A stretch of 27,119 nucleotides of DNA from a virus. Its lineage: Duplodnaviria > Caudoviricetes. Position numbers and translations under genes: made by a program. Below the pieces are notes generated by a model. The model had not been told where the DNA came from. It saw nothing but the letters and a program-made list of their open reading frames with translations, and ran no database searches. Shown in pieces: positions 1 to 9,248 of the stretch. The stretch's first letter is position 1. Every line of letters starts with the position of its first letter. The stretch spans positions 1 through 27,119 of IMG/VR virus record IMGVR_UViG_3300032143_000016. The stretch is one strand, 5' to 3'.

Positions 1-1215
1 GACGCAGGATATCTTGGAAACGATTATCTTGAAGACGAATACCTATCAGCAATTTTTTGCACTACACCAGGTTTCCAAGCAACGATACAAAATATAGATA
101 CATTGCAACCACTAGGAATGCAGTCTAAAGTTGTTATAAATAAAGCCGACACGATTGCATTACAATCACTTGTTCATATCGTTGATTATCTTAAATCATA
201 CGGTTTTCAATCTGAAGTTCATATTATCGATAAACTTAAAACACATGGATTTCAATCTGAAGTACATATTGTCGATAAACTTAAAGCACATGGATTTCAA
301 TCTGAAGTTCATATTATTGATAAACTTAGTTCATATGGTTTTCAAGATGAAGTAATAAATGTTCACGGCACTGGATTCCAAGCTTTATCGACTATTTATA
401 ATACATACAATTTAAGAATACTTTGCGATTTTAAATCACGTGGATTAACGATAACAAACTGGGCTGCAAATTCTACCGCACCAGGTGATTTTTCTATTCA
501 GAATATTGATACGGATATTGTTGAACAAGTTTGGCGATCTAATAGTGTAATAACTGGATTGACACTTACTTGCGACACAGGTTTGCCTCAAGGTGTTTTT
601 CTAGATACTCTTGCAATTCTAAATCATAATTTAACTCGTTCTGCTACGGTAATTCTTTACGGATCGAATGATCCCACATTCATGACGATTGGTACTACTA
701 TTACGCTACAAGCACGAAGTGTTAATATGTTTTATATAGCACCAGATTTGCCTTTAGCCGGGTTTAGATATTGGCGTTTTGATATTGACGATGCAACAAA
801 CTTGAATGGATATGTAGAAATAGGATCAATTGTTTTTGGAGCGGCAAATATTTTTCACGGGGAATGTTTTATTGATGAACTTGATTTTGAATTAAAAGAT
901 TTTTCCGATACGATTAGAACAGAAGGTTTTACGAACGTTGCAAATTCAAGAACACAAAAAAGAAAAGTTAAACTTGATTTTAGAATGCTTAATTTTCAAA
1001 GAAGAAACTTTACTATTTTAAGAGATATATTTGAGAACGAAAGGACAGTAAATAAATGTCTTTGGATTCCAACTCCGTCTGCTACGGATCAAGAAGTCAC
1101 AGCAAGATTTGCGGTTTTTGGTAAATTACCTAATATTCCTAGTGAGAGGCATAAAAATTTTGGTGCGAATGACGATTATGTAACGCTTGCACTCGAAGTC
1201 GATGAAAGTTTATAA
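1..1215 (+). CDS. Phage tail protein, 5'-truncated; N-terminal 15-aa repeats and discoidin/galactose-binding-like domain
   Basis: Frame +1 is open from base 1 (DAGYLGNDYLEDEY...), so the real start lies upstream of the window. Motifs AILNHNL, FRYWRF and YVEIG resemble F5/8-like modules of tail proteins. Sits at the head of the tail gene run. Confidence 0.6.
   Translation, partial: DAGYLGNDYLEDEYLSAIFCTTPGFQATIQNIDTLQPLGMQSKVVINKADTIALQSLVHIVDYLKSYGFQSEVHIIDKLKTHGFQSEVHIVDKLKAHGFQSEVHIIDKLSSYGFQDEVINVHGTGFQALSTIYNTYNLRILCDFKSRGLTITNWAANSTAPGDFSIQNIDTDIVEQVWRSNSVITGLTLTCDTGLPQGVFLDTLAILNHNLTRSATVILYGSNDPTFMTIGTTITLQARSVNMFYIAPDLPLAGFRYWRFDIDDATNLNGYVEIGSIVFGAANIFHGECFIDELDFELKDFSDTIRTEGFTNVANSRTQKRKVKLDFRMLNFQRRNFTILRDIFENERTVNKCLWIPTPSATDQEVTARFAVFGKLPNIPSERHKNFGANDDYVTLALEVDESL
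202..354 (+). repeat. 45-bp coding tandem repeat (GFQSEVHIxDKLxxx), 3 full copies plus a partial one
   Basis: Units start at 202, 247, 292 and 337; degenerate copies lie upstream. Confidence 0.9.
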
Positions 1216-1217
1216 AT

Positions 1218-2918
1218 ATGGGGACAGTAAATAGACGACCATATGAAACGGCAACAGTTCTTGACCAGAGTTTTCTTGATGATTGTCATGACAACTTGGT
1301 AAATCAATTAGAATTAGTTGTTGAAGTTGATTCGCCGATTGGTGTTCTTTATTTATCTGATCGAAATAAATATGTTGGGTCAACTTTTTACGAAGCTCGT
1401 TTAAATTTCCCAGTTATTACTCGTACACTCGGTGATTTTCTTAGTCCAACGTTAGAATTTTCTCAACTCCAAATTGAAATAAATAATGCAGATGGCTATT
1501 TTAATGACATTTTGCCATCAGGCGATGATTATTCTGGTTGGATTGGGAGATCAATCGTAGTTAAACTTGGACTACGTGACGTAATCAGCACGTATAAAGA
1601 GATATTTAGAGGTAGAGTTACCGATCAAGGTGGGTTTCAAAGATCGATTAGAAGCTTTGTTTTAATTGCTAGAAATGAATTTGATAAGATTAACGTTGAT
1701 TTTCCAAAGGCAGTATTTAAATCAACAACATTCCCATATATTGGCGAATATGAAAACGCTATCGTACCTATTATTTATGGTGATTGGACAACAAATGTTC
1801 AACCAAATGCCGCATCAATACCAGCTTATGTTGTGAATAATGCTGATCCAGCTTTAGAGGCTGGGACTGCTGTTTTAGATTTTATTATTTCAGATAATGT
1901 GAATACATATTTTGACACGGCATCTGTCTTTTTACTTAGACAAGAAAACTTTTATATATTTACATCTGCTGATGTTACTGGAGTTGTTGATAATAGAGCA
2001 TTTCAGTTAAAGCAAAGTGGATGTGGTGGGGTTACATTAATTGATGGTGCGACATATACATATAAAAGTGGGGATAAATTCTTTGTAAAAGTCAAGGGAA
2101 AAGACCTTGGAGCATATGATGATAATATTGTTTCACAAGCAAAAGATATTTTATTGACATATACAAGTTTAGTTTCTGGAGATTTTGATACTAGTTGGAA
2201 TACTTTTAGAGATAAATCAACTCCGACAGTAAGTGCAATATCAACATTTAAAAGTCGGATTTGGATTCAAGAAATTCAGCAAACTTTAAGTTATGTTTTG
2301 TCGATGCTAGAACAAGTACGACTTGAGGCGTTCATTGATCGAAATTTAAAGATAAAAATAAACTCACTCCATTTTGATAATTTTCAATCTAGTCCTAGTT
2401 TGTCTGTAAATAATTGGGATATAGAATCTAATAGTTTTTCACCAAAAATTGACGATAGGAATAATTTTAATAGAGCAAAAGGATCATTTAACTATTTGCC
2501 AAATAGAAACGAAAACTACCAGGAAACAAAGGTAGCTAGAAACTCTGCTGCAATCACACAAGCCGGGAAAGAAATTTCTAAAAAGATAGTTTTCCCAAAT
2601 TTATATAATACGACAGTTGTCGAAAATCAATTGATTGAAATACTCAAGTTATCGTCGGCATATATGGAAGTGATAAATTTTACGGCAACATGGCGAATGC
2701 TTTTGATTGATCTTGGGGATTTTGTTAAACTCAACGTAAAGATACAAGGAACGCAGTTTGTTAACGTACCGGCAATGGTAAGAGATATTAGTTATGATCC
2801 TAGCGGTGTTAAGATACCTTTAAAATTATGGTCGTTTCAGATGCTCCCTTTTCCTGGCTATAACCCAGGTTATGCAGGGATTGTCGGAGGATCGACCGCA
2901 ACAATTACATGGGAGTAA
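1218..2918 (+). CDS. Putative tail tip/baseplate hub protein
   Basis: 566 aa, beta-rich, with a VPIIYG motif and a C-terminal DLGDFVKL-type motif seen in tail hub proteins; tail context. Confidence 0.55.
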   Translation: MGTVNRRPYETATVLDQSFLDDCHDNLVNQLELVVEVDSPIGVLYLSDRNKYVGSTFYEARLNFPVITRTLGDFLSPTLEFSQLQIEINNADGYFNDILPSGDDYSGWIGRSIVVKLGLRDVISTYKEIFRGRVTDQGGFQRSIRSFVLIARNEFDKINVDFPKAVFKSTTFPYIGEYENAIVPIIYGDWTTNVQPNAASIPAYVVNNADPALEAGTAVLDFIISDNVNTYFDTASVFLLRQENFYIFTSADVTGVVDNRAFQLKQSGCGGVTLIDGATYTYKSGDKFFVKVKGKDLGAYDDNIVSQAKDILLTYTSLVSGDFDTSWNTFRDKSTPTVSAISTFKSRIWIQEIQQTLSYVLSMLEQVRLEAFIDRNLKIKINSLHFDNFQSSPSLSVNNWDIESNSFSPKIDDRNNFNRAKGSFNYLPNRNENYQETKVARNSAAITQAGKEISKKIVFPNLYNTTVVENQLIEILKLSSAYMEVINFTATWRMLLIDLGDFVKLNVKIQGTQFVNVPAMVRDISYDPSGVKIPLKLWSFQMLPFPGYNPGYAGIVGGSTATITWE

Positions 2919-2921
2919 TTT

Positions 2922-3611
2922 ATGACAGTTTTATTGACAGTAAGCGAAACATTGGGCGGTTCGGCTTTAGGTGACAGTTTGGCAGGTGGCGGAAGTGGTT
3001 GTGATCATGGGTCAACTCAAAATAGTTCGTTTTCAAACGTAACTGATAAGCCAACAAATGCTGGAGCACAACATCTATATGTGTCTCACGACGCTGTGGA
3101 TGATCCTATTACCAGTTTACGCCTATTTATGCAAACATACGGTGTTGGTACTGGTTTTTCCTACGGCGGAGCTGATAGTGCAGCAAACGATTTTACTCAT
3201 TTAAAAGCAATGGGCTATGCGTCTGGTTCTTCAAAAAATAATGCAGATGGTTTATCGGGTGGTTATTGGGTTGATATGGACGCAGATGCAACTACGGCCA
3301 ATCAATTTGATCAGGCTTCTTTTCCGACTTTAGTTAAAATATTTGGTGACGGATCTGGGTCGTCAACTGACGGAATTGATCTTGCCTCTGCTTTTACAGT
3401 TAAAGCAAATGCTATGATTTATAATGCTCCCCCAGAAACAGTTGCTACATCACCAGTTGATGGACAAATTGGTATTTCTGGAAATACAGTTTTAGGCGAC
3501 AGCGCACATCTGAAAACAAGATTGTATATTCCTGCTGGCGGAATTCCACCGTCTGGTTCGGGTGGTATTGTTCAATGGGAAATAGTTTTTGCATATAGTT
3601 TTACATCGTGA
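2922..3611 (+). CDS. Putative virion structural protein
   Basis: 229 aa, Gly/Ser/Asp-rich; GGGAG SD upstream; tail context. Confidence 0.5.
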   Translation: MTVLLTVSETLGGSALGDSLAGGGSGCDHGSTQNSSFSNVTDKPTNAGAQHLYVSHDAVDDPITSLRLFMQTYGVGTGFSYGGADSAANDFTHLKAMGYASGSSKNNADGLSGGYWVDMDADATTANQFDQASFPTLVKIFGDGSGSSTDGIDLASAFTVKANAMIYNAPPETVATSPVDGQIGISGNTVLGDSAHLKTRLYIPAGGIPPSGSGGIVQWEIVFAYSFTS

Positions 3612-3614
3612 TTT

Positions 3615-4016
3615 ATGCCCAAACTTTTATTGACTTGGTTATACCAATATAAAGACGGGTTAATCAAACATGGGATGTGGTCAAACCCTGGAGAAGAAAA
3701 GGATCTAGCGAATAAGGCGTGGGCAAATCATAGAGATGATATTGTCTTCGCTGGTATTTATTCAAAAGATGTTTTATCACGCGACAAAAAAATTCTCGCT
3801 GAATGTCGAGGGTGTGATTTTAGAAATTTCCAGTGGATTGCAACAACGCCTGTTATTGTTGGTAGCGATGGAAAATTTAAGGGGTCAAATATTGTACGCA
3901 TTGATGGCATAAAGTTATTAACGAGATATGAAACAATTGAAGTTATGATTGACGGGACAATTAAAAGACTACCGCCGAGTGACGAAAACATAAATTTCAA
4001 GATATATGGAAGGTGA
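3615..4016 (+). CDS. Hypothetical protein
   Basis: 133-aa ORF tightly packed in the operon. Confidence 0.6.
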   Translation: MPKLLLTWLYQYKDGLIKHGMWSNPGEEKDLANKAWANHRDDIVFAGIYSKDVLSRDKKILAECRGCDFRNFQWIATTPVIVGSDGKFKGSNIVRIDGIKLLTRYETIEVMIDGTIKRLPPSDENINFKIYGR

Positions 4017-4019
4017 CAA

Positions 4020-4916
4020 ATGACAATAGTATCAAGACTAGAGCTTGACCATCCCGTGCTTGGAACAGCAGGTGGGTCAGGTTTACATGCCTCGATCGAG
4101 GCGATATATATAAAGCTCGGCAACAATATGGCTGACCGATTTTTTTATGTAAAAGATTTAAATGCAGCAGCCAGTGCCGACTGTGATCACAACTATAATA
4201 CAGCAATTGGAAATTTAAGAATCGATATTTATAGTTGGAATGAATCAACAGGCGAACTTACTTTTCTAACTGAATCAACTACACCAAAGCGTAGTGAGAT
4301 TGCAGTCATTGCAAAAGTAGGTGACACGCTAAAACAAATTACAGTAACAAACAATTCCTCAGCACAAGTTGATTTGGGAATCGTTACTTTGCATGATCCA
4401 ATCGAGATCAACGAATTAATAGATGTGGATACTACTGGTGTTACTAATGGGCAAGTATTAACATATGAAACATCAACACTGACATGGAAACCAGCGACTA
4501 AAGCTACTTATTCTGATGCCACAAAAACTGTGGCTGGCTTAATGGGAATTGGTAATCAAGAATTTTCCGGAGATAAAGATTTTTTTGGAATAATAAGTAT
4601 AAAAGATGCATTTAAAGTAAATCGAAAAGAAATCACTAGTGCATATACAGTAGATTCTGGGACACAGAAAGATAATTACTTGGTTTGTAAGCACACCGCA
4701 GCTTTAGCAATTGCTTTAATATCAGCAGCTACAGCAGGTATAGGACGACAAATAATTATTAAAGACATGTCTGCTAGTGGAGCATTTGTGTATAATATAA
4801 CACTTACACCAAATGGCAGTGATACAATAGAAGGTACAAATAGCTATATATTAATGTTTGATAAGATAAGTATTACTTTAATATCAGATGGTGTCTCGAA
4901 TTGGGAGGTTAACTAA
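4020..4916 (+). CDS. Tail fibre-like protein
   Basis: Fibre-type motifs LIDVDTTGVTNGQVLTY...W.P and QEFSGDKDF; C-terminal GRQIIIKD...NITL...DTIEG...LISDG..NW module common in phage fibres. Confidence 0.65.
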   Translation: MTIVSRLELDHPVLGTAGGSGLHASIEAIYIKLGNNMADRFFYVKDLNAAASADCDHNYNTAIGNLRIDIYSWNESTGELTFLTESTTPKRSEIAVIAKVGDTLKQITVTNNSSAQVDLGIVTLHDPIEINELIDVDTTGVTNGQVLTYETSTLTWKPATKATYSDATKTVAGLMGIGNQEFSGDKDFFGIISIKDAFKVNRKEITSAYTVDSGTQKDNYLVCKHTAALAIALISAATAGIGRQIIIKDMSASGAFVYNITLTPNGSDTIEGTNSYILMFDKISITLISDGVSNWEVN

Positions 4917-5950
4917 TGAGTTATTCATTAATTTCTTTAGATCGAAATATATTACATAATGGGGCTATGGAGATTCCACAGTTAGGGACAACTTTTACAG
5001 CCGCAACAATCGCCACCAACAATGATGGAAGTTATCTATTAGATAGGTGGAAATTATTTTCAGATGGAAATGATATTGTTGATGTAACTCAATCAACAGT
5101 AGTTCCTACTGGTAGTGGTAAATATTCAATAGCATTTGATGTAGAAACTATAAATAAAAAATTTGGTATAGCACAGATTGTCGAAGGGATGAGTTCTATA
5201 CCGCTACAGAATAAAAAGGTAACAGTATCTTTTAAGGCAAAAGTCTCTTCAACTGCTAAACTAGATAATATAAAAGCAGCGATTATATCATGGACAGGAA
5301 CAGAGGACAGCGTAACAGCGGATATAATATCCGCCTGGGGTGCTGAAGGCACAAATCCTACTTTAGTTGCTAACTGTACATATGAGAATACTCCTGTTAA
5401 TCTTAATATCACAACAAATTTTGCGACCTATAGTGTAAGTGCTATTTTAGATACGGCTTCGATAAAGAATATACTAGTATTTATATGGTCTGATGTTACT
5501 GATACGACATTAGGTGACTTTTTATATGTAACAGATACCATGCTTAATATAGGAAATAATGCCCTCCCTTTTAGTAAAGCAGGTTCTACATTTATTGAAG
5601 AACTTAATATTTGCAGAAGATTTTACGAGACAAGTTATGCATTAGGTACTCCACCGTACACTTCTACAGATGCTAACAGGTTCACGGTTTTGTATGCATA
5701 TAGTACAAGTGGGTGTCGTACAATATTCCCATTTTTTGTACCAAAAAGAATCGACCCAGCGACTAAATTAATAAGTTATTCTGGCACTATTGATAAACTT
5801 TCTATAATTGGAGCTGGCCTAAGTAACATTGGTAATACCGTAACTTGTTCTCCATCACAGACGGGGTACGCATCGGTTAGTGATTCAGGTACAGCATTTA
5901 CCAATGGGTCGATATATATAGCAGCATGGCGAGCAGATGCTAACTTATAG
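4916..5950 (+). CDS. Tail fibre/receptor-binding protein with carbohydrate-binding-like domain
   Basis: RNILHNG..., YLLDRW and EELNICRRFYE (ELxxCQRYY-type) motifs typical of phage fibre proteins; TAATG overlap with the upstream gene. Confidence 0.65.
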   Translation: MSYSLISLDRNILHNGAMEIPQLGTTFTAATIATNNDGSYLLDRWKLFSDGNDIVDVTQSTVVPTGSGKYSIAFDVETINKKFGIAQIVEGMSSIPLQNKKVTVSFKAKVSSTAKLDNIKAAIISWTGTEDSVTADIISAWGAEGTNPTLVANCTYENTPVNLNITTNFATYSVSAILDTASIKNILVFIWSDVTDTTLGDFLYVTDTMLNIGNNALPFSKAGSTFIEELNICRRFYETSYALGTPPYTSTDANRFTVLYAYSTSGCRTIFPFFVPKRIDPATKLISYSGTIDKLSIIGAGLSNIGNTVTCSPSQTGYASVSDSGTAFTNGSIYIAAWRADANL

Positions 5951-6043
5951 TTTATACATTTAAAGGATAATACAATATGAAAAAACTAATTTTACTTTTT
6001 TTATATTGGCACAAGTCTTAATAGGTTAAGCAGAATTATAGAT

Positions 6044-6268
6044 GTGAAATGCCCATACTACATAAAGAAAAAAACTTGCGGAGGAAATTTCCTCTGCTTA
6101 GAATGTGATCGATTGGGCAATCTAAAAAGTATAGCAAGAGAAGATTTATTAAAAGAAATGATTGAACTTGGAATTATAAAAGATAAACTTTTAAAGAAAA
6201 GGATAGGTGAAAATTATGAAGAAGTTTTTGCTAGCTCCAATACTGATAAGCATCCTTGGCATCAGTAA
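6044..6268 (+). CDS. Small Cys-containing hypothetical protein
   Basis: 74 aa, GTG start, four Cys including CxxC; weak RBS. Confidence 0.35.
   Translation: MKCPYYIKKKTCGGNFLCLECDRLGNLKSIAREDLLKEMIELGIIKDKLLKKRIGENYEEVFASSNTDKHPWHQ
6078..6097 (+). terminator. GC-rich hairpin, possible intrinsic terminator (may be bidirectional)
   Basis: GCGGAGG-AAATTT-CCTCTGC stem with one G-U pair, preceded by an A-tract (a U-tract on the minus strand); follows the last tail gene. Confidence 0.4.
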
Positions 6269-8129
6269 ATGTCCTGGTGGTTCTACACCTCCCGTTGACA
6301 CTACTAAACAATCACAGTTTGTATCATGGAACGCTAAAGCTGAAATGCAGCCGTGTGAAGTTTACACTCTAAAAATGACATGGAAGAATACTAGTATTGT
6401 TGATTGGACTGATGACGCTGGTCTTGGATTTATTATCGGTTCGATTGGCCAAGATGTGTGGGGAATAACAAGATTTGGACTTGGAAATGTTACAGTAAAA
6501 GTAGGTGAATCGCATGAATATTTTCCTACAATAAAAGCGCCATGCACACCAGGTGAATATAAACTTCAGTGGCAAATGCTATATGCAAAGACCGGAACTT
6601 TTTTCGGTGAAAAAACACCTGAGATGGTTGTCAAAGTAAAACAACCTGATATCCCAGTACCCGTACCAAATCCGACATTAGGAATTTCGGGGACAGATTT
6701 TACACTCAACAATACAAAAACATTCCTTACAGGTTTTTCTTACTACGGTGGTTTAGAGATTCCCATCGAGCAAATTAAATCTGATCTTAGTGCAATGCAG
6801 GCTAAAGGGTTTAATTGGTTTCGTCTCTGGATTCTTTGGAACGAGTGGGTTCCACAAAATGCATCTTTAATTGATCGTTCTACAGGTCAGTTTATTCCAG
6901 CAATGGAAGCGAAAATGAAGGCACTCTTAAATCATGCTGCAAGTCTTGGTATGGTTGTCGACATGTCGGGACATTATACAAACACTGGTAATACTGGTTT
7001 AAAAAATGAACAGATGTACACAGATTTTTGGAAAGCTGTGACTGAAAAATATAAAAGCTATCGTAACGTCTATTTTGATATCGCCAACGAGCACACAGTT
7101 ATGGATGGACGTTATGTATCACCAGAGGCGATTAAACGCATTAGAAACGCTATTAAGGCCATCGATCCAAACCGCATAGTGACTGCAAGCTGTTCAAATG
7201 ATCCAAGGGCAGAGGATCTTGATTTTCATGCTCCACATCTTGCCCGTGACGCACAACCTTGGAACGATACACTCAACAAAGTACCTGGGCTTATCTCACA
7301 ATATAAATTGCCTGTGCATTTACAAGAACCATTTCGTAATGCGTATGGCGGAGCAAGTTATCCCTTCGACACATTCTGTAAAGATTTAAAAGCAGCAGTA
7401 TCAACAAAGGCAGCAGGTTGGTGTTTCCACACCGAAGCTGGATTTAATCTCGCTCAAACTAAATTTTTTGACAAATTAGATGCCGCTGAAAAAGATGTTG
7501 TAAATCGTGTCGCTAAAGAATGCGGCCCAGCAGTTACACCGCCTACTCCAGAGCCACAACCTGGCGGGGGAACACTTGTTATTTCAGATTCGTTGTTTGG
7601 GAGAACTGATTTTGGAATAGTAAAAGGTGGATCATTTAGTGCAAACGGGTATACTATAAATAGCAACAATAATTACATTGGTTTTTTGACACAGATTACA
7701 GGCGACATCAGAGTTGAATTAGACGTAGTTGGACTTCGTGGAGATACTACAGATAAAGCGTATTTTCTAGAAGTTTTTGATACGGGTCTTGATGCAAATT
7801 GGGTTGGCGGAGATACTTACTGGGCAACGAATTCTTATTATCAGGTTGCCGAATCTGGAAATTTATTTCGTCTTAGAATTGGCGGGCATGATAACTATGC
7901 TGTTTTATATTCTGGTGCTTTGGCTTTTGATGGTAATAAAAAATATCATCTTGTTATGGATATAAAAGGTGGGACAGCAAGCATATCTCGTGACGGACAA
8001 GTTATTGTTTCTCAACCGATTAGTGGGTTTAATCCGCACGAGAAATTGAATGTAAGAATAGGTGGATCACCAGTTATACAAAGTCCATTGGGTGTTACGT
8101 ACTCAAACGTTAAAATTTATAAGTATTAA
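6216..8129 (+). CDS. Exported (possibly lipoprotein) GH5-like glycoside hydrolase with NBR1-type Ig domain and C-terminal lectin-like domain
   Basis: Signal MKKFLLAPILISILGISKC; Ig-like motif WKNT...W...APCTPGEYKLQWQM...FFGE; TIM-barrel clan GH-A features GFNWFRLW, FDIANEH (acid/base), PVHLQEP (nucleophile) and AGWCFH; Pro-rich linkers. Confidence 0.7.
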   Translation: MKKFLLAPILISILGISKCPGGSTPPVDTTKQSQFVSWNAKAEMQPCEVYTLKMTWKNTSIVDWTDDAGLGFIIGSIGQDVWGITRFGLGNVTVKVGESHEYFPTIKAPCTPGEYKLQWQMLYAKTGTFFGEKTPEMVVKVKQPDIPVPVPNPTLGISGTDFTLNNTKTFLTGFSYYGGLEIPIEQIKSDLSAMQAKGFNWFRLWILWNEWVPQNASLIDRSTGQFIPAMEAKMKALLNHAASLGMVVDMSGHYTNTGNTGLKNEQMYTDFWKAVTEKYKSYRNVYFDIANEHTVMDGRYVSPEAIKRIRNAIKAIDPNRIVTASCSNDPRAEDLDFHAPHLARDAQPWNDTLNKVPGLISQYKLPVHLQEPFRNAYGGASYPFDTFCKDLKAAVSTKAAGWCFHTEAGFNLAQTKFFDKLDAAEKDVVNRVAKECGPAVTPPTPEPQPGGGTLVISDSLFGRTDFGIVKGGSFSANGYTINSNNNYIGFLTQITGDIRVELDVVGLRGDTTDKAYFLEVFDTGLDANWVGGDTYWATNSYYQVAESGNLFRLRIGGHDNYAVLYSGALAFDGNKKYHLVMDIKGGTASISRDGQVIVSQPISGFNPHEKLNVRIGGSPVIQSPLGVTYSNVKIYKY

Positions 8130-8138
8130 GGAGACATC

Positions 8139-8516
8139 ATGAAGTATTTACTAGTATTAGTTTTGGGTTTAGTTGGTTGTACAAATCAAAAATGTGAAGA
8201 AACATTAGGCGGAGCAGCAAGTTTTATTTCCGAAAAAATTGCAACATCACTTGATTGTAAAAAACCTTTAGAAATTAGAGCCGATCTTTTAGACATGTGC
8301 GCAAAACTTGGCGTTTGTGAAAAAGCAAAAGGTATGACTCCAGTACAAGCAAAAGGTGCGGTTGGAGATGCTCTATGCCCAGCATTGGCAAAAGGTATGG
8401 TAGCTTTACTTGTTGGTACAGCTCTACCTGCAAAGTATGAATGTGCTGGTGGTACAAGTGCAGATGCTTTAGCGAAAATAGTTGAAACAGCTTGTAAACA
8501 ATATGCACCAATATAA
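8139..8516 (+). CDS. Cys-rich lipoprotein
   Basis: AAGGAG SD; lipobox LVGC; seven further Cys in a helical mature region. Confidence 0.75.
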   Translation: MKYLLVLVLGLVGCTNQKCEETLGGAASFISEKIATSLDCKKPLEIRADLLDMCAKLGVCEKAKGMTPVQAKGAVGDALCPALAKGMVALLVGTALPAKYECAGGTSADALAKIVETACKQYAPI

Positions 8517-8530
8517 TAAAGGATAAAAAG

Positions 8531-9157
8531 ATGGCCACAATTTATGTTAAATCGAAAGTATACACCGTTTACAACGATATACATGAATTCGCTCCACATG
8601 CACTAAATATCCCTGTTGATCCACAGGGTGTTTATGCTGGAGATATCGTCGATCTTTATTCGTGTAAACCCGAAGAATTGCCAACGGCTTATTCGCGCAT
8701 AACCGAATTAAAAAATTTATTAGGTGATCGTTACATTTATGGTAACCATGAATTAAATCCAGCCGAGGCATATGATAATTATGTCGACGAAGGTATTTAT
8801 TTTTGTCACGGGCATATGCAGATGATGGTTGATCCTATGGGATTTATGAAGAGTAAACCAGGAGCAAGTGATTTCAAAAGATTTTGGATAAAAATGGGCG
8901 AATATCTTCGCAAGTTTTTAAACGTGCCAATCACCGACGATCAGGCTAAAAAGTTCTTGGCAGTAGCAAAGATTGCAAAATGTCACACTGTAGTTTGTGG
9001 CCATCATCATCCTAAAAAGCCATCAATTAAAGACTTTGATTATAACGGTGAGAAAGTGCGTATCATTATTTTACCTCGTGGAAAACATCAGGTTGTTAAT
9101 GATAATGGTGTTGTTAAGATTTTAAAAACATCTGACGAATTGTATTTAAATAAATGA
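8531..9157 (+). CDS. Calcineurin-like metallophosphoesterase, LpxH/YbbF-like
   Basis: All five motifs present: DIH, GDIVD, GNHE, HGH, GHHH; helical insert between the last two. Confidence 0.8.
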   Translation: MATIYVKSKVYTVYNDIHEFAPHALNIPVDPQGVYAGDIVDLYSCKPEELPTAYSRITELKNLLGDRYIYGNHELNPAEAYDNYVDEGIYFCHGHMQMMVDPMGFMKSKPGASDFKRFWIKMGEYLRKFLNVPITDDQAKKFLAVAKIAKCHTVVCGHHHPKKPSIKDFDYNGEKVRIIILPRGKHQVVNDNGVVKILKTSDELYLNK

Positions 9158-9248
9158 GATGTGCTTGGAATAAAGATTTAATATGCCCGTATTATCGAAG
9201 TACGGGCGATCTATTATGCCCAATGTTTTTTTATCCATCGGAGAAAAA

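Noticed and set aside
202-354. 45-bp repeats as a possible CRISPR array
   Set aside because: Contiguous in-frame coding repeats with mostly third-position variation, no unique spacers and no cas genes.
4020-5950. Diversity-generating retroelement target in the fibre genes
   Set aside because: No reverse transcriptase and no adenine-variant repeat pair visible in this window; one elsewhere in the genome cannot be excluded.
3758-8771. Antisense and nested ORFs (e.g. 3758-4126, 5089-5412, 7454-7669, 8186-8599)
   Set aside because: They overlap well-supported + strand genes and lack recognisable motifs.
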